This document shows positions 1-8,153 of a stretch of DNA of 15,040 nt, one piece after another. Where the stretch lies: NCBI GenBank assembly GCA_049970495.1, contig JBMFMV010000047.1, forward strand, positions 1 to 15,040. The letters are read 5' to 3'. Made by a program: the position numbers and the translations under genes. The DNA comes from a bacterium (GTDB lineage Bacteria > DUMJ01). How positions within the stretch are numbered: the first letter of the stretch is position 1; each line of letters opens with the position of its first letter. The notes beneath the pieces are model-generated. The model had not been told where the DNA came from. It did not search any database and saw only the letters and a program-made list of their open reading frames with translations.

Positions 1-1432
1 CCGATATAGTTTCAATTTTTATACTACTCTTACTCTTATATTCTTCCTTAATAGGATACACATAGAAGACTTTATAGCCTATAGGGGGTATATCTTTAGC
101 TAGGAATAAGAAATCTACTCTAGTAAGATTAGTATTAGAGAAATCAACCCTTCCCTCCCTAGCTTGTTCTATACTTAAAACCTGAACAGGTATTTCATTT
201 CCTTGGTTATCTTTTATCATCACTCCTTTTATATCTTCCCCAGGGAGTTTTACATAACTACAGACAATATCACTTCTTTCCCAGGAGAGTGGATTAAATA
301 CCACTATGGGGTCACCTTTTTGAGAGTAGTCAATATTTACTCCAATAGATAACATTACCTCTCTTAATATCTCTTCTCCCTCTATTCTTGCCCAGATAGC
401 TCTTTGAGTTCTTACCTCATTATTTAATTCTCCTCTTCGTCCACTTACATTGTGGTCATGACAATAGAAGAGATTTCCCCATGCCTGCTCTATCTTTTCC
501 CTAGGATAGGCACCAAAGTTTAAAATCTCTCTTAAAGATGCAAATTTCTCAACTGATGTTAATCTATTTTCCGCAATTCGAGCTTCTCTATAGGTAACAG
601 GCTGAGTTGCAGGAAGGCTATAAAATCCATAAGGAGCTTCTCCTCTATAACTGGGTAAGTTACATTCTTCTTCTCTGACTGCATCAAAAAATTCGTCCAA
701 GATAGATATTTTCAATTCTATATCTTGCAATTCTTTATTAAGTTTAGATACTCTTTCTACTATTTCTGGCTCTGGAGGAAGTAAATCGCTTTCTTGTACC
801 ATTAATATATTTTTAGAAGGCCAAATTGAAGTTAACTCTTCTATCTCTTTGAGTAACCTTTCTTTTCCCTCCCTCTCATCTAAGAGAATAAATCCCCATC
901 CATATCCATGGATATGGTTACAAGCCAATACTTTTGAGCCGTCTGGAGCTTCCCACCAGTGTAAAGGGATTGGAGGATGAAATCTAGAATATGAGATATT
1001 CTCTATCCCTAATTTCTGTAATATCTGAGGTAATTGAATAGTATGTCCTGGTAGATCTGAATGTTGAACGGTCTTGACATCTATCCCTAGTTCTTCCTTT
1101 ATCCACCTTTTTGCATTAATTATCTCCCTGATGAGAATTTCTCCATCTAGTATCTGTTCCATAGCCCCAACCATAGTACTACAAACTTGAATCTTTTTCT
1201 CTGAGATAAGTCTTTTTACTATTTCTTTATACTCTGGATACGTCTCTAGAAAGTGCTTAAGAAACAGTGTATACTCTATAGTAAATTTATACTGAGGGAA
1301 TTTATTTAAGATATTATCTATAGCATCCTTTATTATCTCATCACCCCAAGATAAACATTCTCCTATTGTTGCACACCATCCAAGGTCAAAGTGTGAACCT
1401 GGCACTACAAACACCTGATAGTTCAAATTCAT
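1..1432 (-). CDS. Glycoside hydrolase family 38 (alpha-mannosidase-like), 3'-truncated by the window edge
   Basis: Not in the ORF track. Manual translation from ATG at 1432 (GGAGG RBS upstream) gives MNLNYQVFVVPGSHFDLGWC..., with the GH38 Zn-binding HxDxGW motif, nucleophile region HSDLPGH, WWEAPDGSKV, middle-domain AWGNLFYCHDHNVSG and VFNPLSWERSD. No stop was met in the part translated. Confidence 0.88.
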   Translation of the reverse strand, partial: MNLNYQVFVVPGSHFDLGWCATIGECLSWGDEIIKDAIDNILNKFPQYKFTIEYTLFLKHFLETYPEYKEIVKRLISEKKIQVCSTMVGAMEQILDGEILIREIINAKRWIKEELGIDVKTVQHSDLPGHTIQLPQILQKLGIENISYSRFHPPIPLHWWEAPDGSKVLACNHIHGYGWGFILLDEREGKERLLKEIEELTSIWPSKNILMVQESDLLPPEPEIVERVSKLNKELQDIELKISILDEFFDAVREEECNLPSYRGEAPYGFYSLPATQPVTYREARIAENRLTSVEKFASLREILNFGAYPREKIEQAWGNLFYCHDHNVSGRRGELNNEVRTQRAIWARIEGEEILREVMLSIGVNIDYSQKGDPIVVFNPLSWERSDIVCSYVKLPGEDIKGVMIKDNQGNEIPVQVLSIEQAREGRVDFSNTNLTRVDFLFLAKDIPPIGYKVFYVYPIKEEYKSKSSIKIETIS

Positions 1433-1446
1433 AACTCTCCTCCAAT

Positions 1447-2283
1447 CTATCCTTTTATTCCTGTAAGCGTTATTCCCTGGATAAAAGTTCTTTGAGTAAG
1501 GAAGAATAGAACTATAATTGGAAAAACAGTTAGACTTGAAGCTGCCATTAAAAGTGCCCACTCCGCTCCATGTTCACTCAGAAAACTTTGTAATCCAATA
1601 GCTAGTGTATATTTACTCTCATCATGAAGGTATATTAGTGGTCCTAAGAAGTCATTCCAGTGTCCTATAAATGTAAACAGTCCTACGGTTGCCAGAGCCG
1701 GTTTCGATAGGGGTAAAATTATACTTCTATATATAAAGAGTTCACTTCCCCCATCTACTTTAGCAGCCTCCGAAAGTTCAAAAGGTATTGTAAGAAAGAA
1801 CTGCCTCAGTAAGAAAGTATAGTACGCTGGGGCAAAAAAGCTTCCAATTATGAGCGGCTTAAAAGTATTTGTCCATCCTATCCTTTGAAATATTATAAAA
1901 AGAGGAATCATAGTAACCTGGTAAGGAAGCATTATGGTTGAAAGCATAAGGAAGAAGCAAAAATCACGCCCAGGCCATTTAATACGAGAAAAACTATAAG
2001 CTACAAGAGAACAAGAAATAATAACTCCGAAGACATTTGTCCCGCATATAATGAGAGTATTAACAAGGTATCTGAAGAATGGGAAATAGTTTACTGCCTT
2101 TATATAATTTTCCCACTTCACAGGGTGAGGTATTAATATTGGAGGAAATACAAATAGTTGTTCATCCGGTTTTAGTGCTGAGGAGACAAGCCAGTACAGC
2201 GGAAATATGAAAATTATACTCAGTGAAATTAAAATTATGTATGAGAAAATATTCCTTAATTTAATTTGAAAAGACTTTCTCAT
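1447..2283 (-). CDS. Carbohydrate ABC transporter permease (MalG-like, CUT1)
   Basis: EAA loop ELSEAAKVDGG, plus FLLRQFF, WNDFLGPLIY and FIQGI motifs. ATG at 2283 is preferred over GTG at 2295 because GAGGTG lies 9 nt upstream of it. Confidence 0.93.
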   Translation of the reverse strand: MRKSFQIKLRNIFSYIILISLSIIFIFPLYWLVSSALKPDEQLFVFPPILIPHPVKWENYIKAVNYFPFFRYLVNTLIICGTNVFGVIISCSLVAYSFSRIKWPGRDFCFFLMLSTIMLPYQVTMIPLFIIFQRIGWTNTFKPLIIGSFFAPAYYTFLLRQFFLTIPFELSEAAKVDGGSELFIYRSIILPLSKPALATVGLFTFIGHWNDFLGPLIYLHDESKYTLAIGLQSFLSEHGAEWALLMAASSLTVFPIIVLFFLTQRTFIQGITLTGIKG

Positions 2284-2284
2284 A

Positions 2285-3187
2285 TTAACGTTCACCTCTA
2301 TAATATACCCATTTGGAAGAGCTCTTAAACATAAGAATTGTTCCTAATAAGACTATGACAAATAGTATCCAAGCCATACTTGAAGCATATCCCATATCAA
2401 GATATACAAATGCATTTCTATAAAGATAGAATGCATACATAGTAGTAGAATTAACAGGACCTCCATTTGTCATTACATAAATTGGGGCAAAAAATTGTAA
2501 GGTACCAATCATCCCCATAATCAAGGTAAAAAGGATAGCAGGGCTTATAGAAGGAATAGTAATAGCCCATAACTTATTCCACCAATTCGCTCCATCAAGC
2601 TCAGCTGACTCATAAAGCTCTTGAGGAACATCTTGTAAGGCAGCTAAGAATATAATTATCCCTCCCCCAATACCCCATAAACTCATAAGTATTAATGCTG
2701 GCTTAGACCATTTAGGGTCAGCTAACCACCCCGGACCATTAATTCCCAACTTTTCTAAAAATGCGTTTAAGATCCCATACTGAGGGTTAAGTATCCATAC
2801 CCATAAAATAGAAGAAGCAACTACCGGGGTAATAGATGGCAAGTAGAAAATAGTTCTAAATATTGGTTGCCCCTTTATAGGTATATTTAGCAATAAGGCA
2901 GAAATTATAGCGGCAGCAATAGTCAAAGGAATAGTGAAAACAGCATAGTATAAAGAATTATAAAGAGAAACTCCAAACAATTCATCTTCGGTAAATAGTT
3001 TTATATAATTTTTGAGTCCAATCCAATGAGGAGTAGAAACTATAGTATATTTGCAAAAACTATAGTATAAGGAGCTAATTACAGGATACATAGTAAAGCA
3101 TGTAAAACCTATAAAAAATGGAAGAGCAAATAGTACTCCATTCCTCAGATTAACTAATTCTAATTTGCTATATTTCTTTATTCGCAT
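2285..3187 (-). CDS. Carbohydrate ABC transporter permease (MalF/UgpA-like, CUT1)
   Basis: EAA loop LQDVPQELYESAELDGA, plus FRTIFYLP, GGPVNST and MGYASSMAW motifs; several hydrophobic TM segments; GGAGGAGG RBS. Confidence 0.93.
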   Translation of the reverse strand: MRIKKYSKLELVNLRNGVLFALPFFIGFTCFTMYPVISSLYYSFCKYTIVSTPHWIGLKNYIKLFTEDELFGVSLYNSLYYAVFTIPLTIAAAIISALLLNIPIKGQPIFRTIFYLPSITPVVASSILWVWILNPQYGILNAFLEKLGINGPGWLADPKWSKPALILMSLWGIGGGIIIFLAALQDVPQELYESAELDGANWWNKLWAITIPSISPAILFTLIMGMIGTLQFFAPIYVMTNGGPVNSTTMYAFYLYRNAFVYLDMGYASSMAWILFVIVLLGTILMFKSSSKWVYYRGER

Positions 3188-3207
3188 CTTCCTCCTCCAT
3201 TATATTA

Positions 3208-3242
3208 TAGGGAATTGCCCTACTTTCTAGGACAATTCCCTA
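3208..3242 (-). terminator. Intercistronic stem-loop after the binding-protein gene (mRNA stabiliser or partial terminator)
   Basis: Minus-strand RNA UAGGGAAUUGUCCUA-GAAAG-UAGGGCAAUUCCCUA forms a 15-bp stem with one G-U pair. There is no strong U tract. Confidence 0.75.
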
Positions 3243-3250
3243 CCAAAGGT

Positions 3251-4516
3251 CTATTTACCAAAAAATTCTTTGAAAGCTTGTTCTAATCTTGTCTGCATAT
3301 CATCCAATGCTTGTTTAGGAGTTTTCTTCCCATAGATAGCCTCATCTACTACTGTAAGACATTCATTGAATATCCTAACCCATAAAGGAGGTCTGCCATG
3401 GGCTACTGGAAATTGAGCATAGAACTTCCTCTCTTTTGGATCCACCATCACTCTAACTTTATCTAAGGCTTTCTTATTAGTAGGAATATGTTCAAGGAGT
3501 CTATATACATCTAACTGGGCCTCTTCTTGTCCTAGCCATTTTATAAATTCAGCTGCCTCTTTTGGATGTTTAGAACCCTTAGGAATTACATTACAGAAGC
3601 CTCCACACCATGTTCCGTTAGCTCCTCCAGGTGGATGAGGAACAGGAGCAACATCATAGTTGAGTTTGGGAGCATATCGTTTAATTTGTCCTACCATCCA
3701 TACCCCGTTAGCCTCCATTCCTTCCTTACCCATAAAGAAAGGATTATTAACCCCGCCTGTAAATCCTGCACCAAAACTAGCTATTGCTTGTACGCCATAT
3801 TTCTTTGCATAAGAAGTTACCCACTCTAAAGCCTGAATATTCTTTGGGTCATTAGCCGTTATTTTGAGAGTCTTTCTATCGGCTATATTTCCTCCAAATG
3901 TCCAGCTCCAAGCAGGGAAGAACCAGTTGCCCCACCAAGGGACAAAACCTATAGTTTGGACCTTTCCTTTTTCGTCAAATTTTGTAAGTTTCTCAGCAAA
4001 TTTATCTAGTTCTGCTAAAGTCTTTGGAGCACGGTCTGGAAGACCTGCAGCCTCAAAGAGGTCTCTATTCCAAAGTAAACCTCTTATGTCGGTATCTAAT
4101 GGAATAGCATATACCTTCCCTTTATAAACTACTTCATCCCAAGTAAACGGTAAAAAGTCCTTTCCGGTTCTTTCTTCGGTGGTAAGATACTCATCAAGAG
4201 GAAGAAACAATCCTTTAGCTGCCCACTGATCAACGAATGACCTTTCAAAGTGTGCCGCATCTGGAGGGGAACCGGCAGCAATAGCGGTCTGAAGTTTCTC
4301 ATATGTTTCCCATGCCCCAGCCTCTACGAAGGTCATTTTTACTTCGATATCAGGATGAGTCTTATTAAACTTATCTACCATCTTCTGCATTGCATCAACC
4401 ATAGATCCACCCCATGACCACCAATAAGTTATAGTTACCTTTTCGGCTAAAGCTAAATTATCTCCTAGTGAGACTAGGAACAGCAAAATAGTAAATATAC
4501 TTACTATTTTCTTCAT
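3251..4516 (-). CDS. Carbohydrate ABC transporter substrate-binding protein (SBP family 1)
   Basis: Sec signal peptide ending ALA-E; motifs FNKTHPDIEV, AAGSPPD, GKVYAIP, LLWNRDLFEAAG, SKHPKEAAEFIKWL; AAGGAGG RBS. Confidence 0.93.
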   Translation of the reverse strand: MKKIVSIFTILLFLVSLGDNLALAEKVTITYWWSWGGSMVDAMQKMVDKFNKTHPDIEVKMTFVEAGAWETYEKLQTAIAAGSPPDAAHFERSFVDQWAAKGLFLPLDEYLTTEERTGKDFLPFTWDEVVYKGKVYAIPLDTDIRGLLWNRDLFEAAGLPDRAPKTLAELDKFAEKLTKFDEKGKVQTIGFVPWWGNWFFPAWSWTFGGNIADRKTLKITANDPKNIQALEWVTSYAKKYGVQAIASFGAGFTGGVNNPFFMGKEGMEANGVWMVGQIKRYAPKLNYDVAPVPHPPGGANGTWCGGFCNVIPKGSKHPKEAAEFIKWLGQEEAQLDVYRLLEHIPTNKKALDKVRVMVDPKERKFYAQFPVAHGRPPLWVRIFNECLTVVDEAIYGKKTPKQALDDMQTRLEQAFKEFFGK

Positions 4517-4611
4517 AATCTCTATACCTCCTTTAAAAATTTTTGAAACTATTTATATATTTTTACCCCTTACCTCTTCTTCCCCCCTTCTAATTTACTT
4601 AATAAATCCTC

Positions 4612-5715
4612 TCATCTATAAGCCCTTTCCATCACCTCCTGAACGTAAAGCCCATCCTCAAACGAAGGCGAAGCTTCTCTATCTTGAACTATGCAAGAGA
4701 TAAAATTAAATTGACTTGCTATATGAAACCTCTCCCAGCCTATAGAAAACTTTGGTCCTGGTAGGCTGGAAGGTGCTGGATATCTATTTACACATTCCAC
4801 TGCTTTAAAACCTCTTCTACCTCCAATGGGCTCTCCTGGCTCTGTTGCATCGTAGATATATAGCCAGTTTGGCTCCATAAGGTGAAACCTCATAGAACCC
4901 TTATCTCCATAGATCTCAAAACTTAAGTCATCATTTGTCCCTGTGGCTACTCTAGATGCCTCTAATGTTCCTAGTGCACCATTAGTCATTCTTACCTGAA
5001 GAATGATATAATCATCTACCTTTACTTCTCTTTTCTCTCTCGGATTTTCTAATAGAGGTCTTTCCTTTATAAATGTTTCCTTAAACCCATGAATATCTTC
5101 GTATTCTCCTAAGAGGTAATGTATCAGGTCTATAATATGGGAACCCAGATCATAGAGGGCCCCTCCTCCACCCTTTTCCTTATCCAATCTCCAGGTGATA
5201 GGTCTATCCGGATCAGTATAACCAGAATGGAGATATGAAGCCTTAAAGTGAAAGACTCTGCCAAGAAATCCTTCCTCTATAAGCTGTTTTGCTCTCATAA
5301 CAGCAGGAACAAATCTATACTGGAATGCCATTTGGTTTATGATCTTTGTCTCTTTTGCTACTTTTACAATCTCTTTTGCCTCTTCTACATTCATAGCCAA
5401 AGGCTTCTCACAATAGACAAACTTACCAGATCTCATAGCGTCAATTAGTATATCCTTATGGAGATAATTTGGAGTGCAACAATCGATAATATGGACATCC
5501 TCACGTTCTAAGAGCTTATGATAATCAGTAGTAGCAAAGAGATACCCTCCCTGCTCTACTCCTTTTTCAGCTGTTTCTCTATGACCAGAACAAACCCCTA
5601 CAAGTCTTATCTTTACTGGCATAGGGTCATAATAGAGATTTAAGACTCTATATGCTAGAGTATGAATCTTACCTATAAATCCATAGCCTACTAAACCTAT
5701 CCCTAATTCCTTCAT
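4612..5715 (-). CDS. Gfo/Idh/MocA family NAD(P)-dependent oxidoreductase
   Basis: Rossmann motif GLVGYGFIG, CTPNYLH, CEKP, and WR...GGGALYDLGSHIID. ATGA overlap with the upstream aminotransferase. Confidence 0.93.
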   Translation of the reverse strand: MKELGIGLVGYGFIGKIHTLAYRVLNLYYDPMPVKIRLVGVCSGHRETAEKGVEQGGYLFATTDYHKLLEREDVHIIDCCTPNYLHKDILIDAMRSGKFVYCEKPLAMNVEEAKEIVKVAKETKIINQMAFQYRFVPAVMRAKQLIEEGFLGRVFHFKASYLHSGYTDPDRPITWRLDKEKGGGGALYDLGSHIIDLIHYLLGEYEDIHGFKETFIKERPLLENPREKREVKVDDYIILQVRMTNGALGTLEASRVATGTNDDLSFEIYGDKGSMRFHLMEPNWLYIYDATEPGEPIGGRRGFKAVECVNRYPAPSSLPGPKFSIGWERFHIASQFNFISCIVQDREASPSFEDGLYVQEVMERAYR

Positions 5716-7052
5716 TGATATCCGTACTCCTTTTCTACCTCATAAATTGCTTCTTCTATAAGATCAAGAGCCTTACTAGCTACCTCCTCTGGTATAATAA
5801 GTGGAGGAGAGAGTCTTAATATGTGTCTTGCAGGTATCCATGCTACTCCTTTTTCAAATGCCTTCTGATAGACCTTCTGTCCTGCTTCGATGAATGGCTC
5901 TTTAGTTTCTCTATCCTTTACTAGTTCTATCCCTAAAAGGCATCCCTTCCCTCTTACATCCCCTATTATGGGATGTGATTCTTTCATCTTATATAATCTT
6001 CTGAGAATAAATTCTCCTAACTTGGCTGATTTTTCTACAAGATTCTCTTCTTCTATCACCTCTATAGAAGCCAAAGCAGATGCACAAGCCATTGGATTTC
6101 CTCCATAGCTAGTAGATGCACTTATCTTCTCTAATTTGTCTAGATACTCCTCTTTTATTGCTATAGCTGTAACTGGAAATCCATTACCAAAGCCCTTACC
6201 CAATGTCATTACATCTGGAATTACATTATAATGCTCCACACAGAACATCTTTCCTGTGCGAGCAAAACTAGTAAGAATCTCATCAACTAACAATAAAATG
6301 CCTAACTCATCACACAATGCCCTAAGTCTTGGTAGGTAGTCATCAGGCGGAACGATAGAACCTGCCCATCCCTGGATAGGTTCTATAACAATACCAGCAA
6401 CCTGTCCAATAGTCTCCTGTTGTATCACCTCTTTTATGTAGTCCACACAGTATAAGTTACATTCTGGATAATGCATCTTAAAACTGCATCTGTAACAATA
6501 TGGGTAAGGAACCCTATGGAATCCTACCGCTCTAGGTCCAGTAGTTATATTCATATCTGCCAAACTTACTGCACCCATCGTCTTACCATGGAAATCGTTA
6601 AAGAAGGAAATAAACTCAAACTTATTTGTCTGAGCACGAATTACTCTCATTCCAGCTTCTATTGCCTCTGTTCCTGAAGAATAAAATTGAAAACCATTGA
6701 GATTCCCTGGGGTTATAGAGGCAAGCTTTTCTAAAAGTTTTACTTTCACTTCTGAGACATAATCATGGGCATTCATAAGATTAGCTACCTGTTTCTGAAG
6801 AGCTTCTACTACCTTTGGATGGCAATGCCCAGCATTTGTTACATATATCCCTGAACTAAAATCAATATATGTATTCCCATCTACATCTGTTAGTGTATAA
6901 CCATTACCAGATTCGAAAGCTACTGGAAAAAGTCTTGCCTGTGAAGAGAATCCTTTCATATACCGATTTGCTCTCTCCCAAAGCTCTAAAGATTTTGGCC
7001 CTGGTGGCTTCACTTTAATATTTGGAACTGTTTCTACTAATTTTACTTCCAT
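5712..7052 (-). CDS. Class III PLP-dependent aminotransferase (GabT/ArgD-like fold), substrate unknown
   Basis: DVDGNTYIDFSSG, GHCHP, SGTEA, FHGKT, EPIQG, DEILTSFARTG, PLP lysine in TLGKG, YGGNP, VRGKG. Confidence 0.93.
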   Translation of the reverse strand: MEVKLVETVPNIKVKPPGPKSLELWERANRYMKGFSSQARLFPVAFESGNGYTLTDVDGNTYIDFSSGIYVTNAGHCHPKVVEALQKQVANLMNAHDYVSEVKVKLLEKLASITPGNLNGFQFYSSGTEAIEAGMRVIRAQTNKFEFISFFNDFHGKTMGAVSLADMNITTGPRAVGFHRVPYPYCYRCSFKMHYPECNLYCVDYIKEVIQQETIGQVAGIVIEPIQGWAGSIVPPDDYLPRLRALCDELGILLLVDEILTSFARTGKMFCVEHYNVIPDVMTLGKGFGNGFPVTAIAIKEEYLDKLEKISASTSYGGNPMACASALASIEVIEEENLVEKSAKLGEFILRRLYKMKESHPIIGDVRGKGCLLGIELVKDRETKEPFIEAGQKVYQKAFEKGVAWIPARHILRLSPPLIIPEEVASKALDLIEEAIYEVEKEYGYQ

Positions 7053-7068
7053 CTTCCATCCTTCCTTT

Positions 7069-7836
7069 CTATATCTGACATACTATTACTTCTACCCCTT
7101 CTTTTTTTAATGCCTCGATATATTCTTGGGGTATTCCACTATCAGTTATAAGCTTATTTAATACTTTTGTATGTGCAACAAAGGCAAAGGCTTCTTTTCC
7201 AAATTTACTATGGTCAGCTAACCCTATAATTTCTCTACCCATCTGAATTATTAGTCGCTTTATCTGAGCTTCTACGATACTAGCTGTACTCATTCCCTTA
7301 CCTGGGATGATAGCGCTTATACCAAGAAAAGCTTTATCTACCTTCAACTCACTAAGAACCCTCTCTGTTAAAGGTCCTACCAGGGCAACAGTTTCTTTCC
7401 TAAGGTCTCCCCCTGTAATAATCACATGAACCCCTTTAGCATTGAGTAACTCGCTGGCTATATCTATGGAATTGGTAACAACAGTAAGATTATGGCGACC
7501 TTTTATATTTTTAGCAATCTGGAAATTAGTAGTTCCCGATTCAATAAAAATAGTATCTCCATCGTTAATCAGTTCTGCTGCCCTTTTGCCAATAGCTATC
7601 TTTTCTTTTAAATTTTTTCTTTTCTGAGAGGAGTAAAGGGGTTCATACGAGATACTCTGAGGAAGAATAGCTCCTCCATGGGTACGTCTCAAGAGTCCCT
7701 CTTTTTCCAATGCTTCAAGATCGCGCCTTATTGTTGCTCCTGTAACATTAAACATCTTTACTAGACTAGAAACCTCTACTGCTTGTTCTTGCTCTAATAG
7801 TTCCAATATTTTGCTTCTTCTTTCTTCAGCTAGCAT
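7069..7836 (-). CDS. DeoR/GlpR family transcriptional regulator
   Basis: ERRSKIL...TIRRDL...RTHGGA HTH; sensor domain with ESGTT, VVTNS, GG, DHSKFG. Confidence 0.95.
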   Translation of the reverse strand: MLAEERRSKILELLEQEQAVEVSSLVKMFNVTGATIRRDLEALEKEGLLRRTHGGAILPQSISYEPLYSSQKRKNLKEKIAIGKRAAELINDGDTIFIESGTTNFQIAKNIKGRHNLTVVTNSIDIASELLNAKGVHVIITGGDLRKETVALVGPLTERVLSELKVDKAFLGISAIIPGKGMSTASIVEAQIKRLIIQMGREIIGLADHSKFGKEAFAFVAHTKVLNKLITDSGIPQEYIEALKKEGVEVIVCQI

Positions 7837-7840
7837 AATC

Positions 7841-7893
7841 TTATGTCCTTATATGTTTATTTATTTCTTTTTATTATTTTCATTTATGTTTAT
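7841..7893. promoter_or_regulatory. Five degenerate 10-bp direct repeats, candidate DeoR operator
   Basis: Plus strand: TTATGTCCTT (7841), ATATGTTTAT (7851), TTATTTCTTT (7861), TTATTTTCAT (7874), TTATGTTTAT (7884). They lie between the -10 box and the start codon. Confidence 0.5.
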
Positions 7894-7921
7894 ATATTAT
7901 CACTTAAAGAAAAAATGTCAA
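7894..7921 (-). promoter_or_regulatory. Sigma70-type promoter of the catabolic operon
   Basis: Perfect -35 TTGACA (7921-7916), 16-nt spacer, extended -10 TGaTAATAT (7902-7894). Confidence 0.75.
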
Positions 7922-8153
7922 GGGGTTTGTTAATATTCTCTGACCATTTTTAAAGAAGAGCTTCTTATCTATACATAAAAAGAATAGAGGGATTCTCGGT
8001 GTAATAATAAGAACTATTCTAGAAGCAGAAGTTCTTTCTATAAGAAAATATAGATCAAAAGGCTATTAGTAAATTCTACAGTATGATGTTAAAGATAAGC
8101 AAGACAGAAAGATTAGTACTTATGATTAAGTGTCATTTGTACTCTTAGGTTGA

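Noticed and set aside
4517..4611. Purine-rich intergenic region upstream of the SBP as an internal promoter or small ORF
   Set aside because: There is no convincing -35/-10 pair, hairpin or ORF.
8010..8037. Inverted repeat AAGAACT...AGTTCTT as a terminator
   Set aside because: The stem is short and AT-rich with a large loop, so it is plausible by chance.
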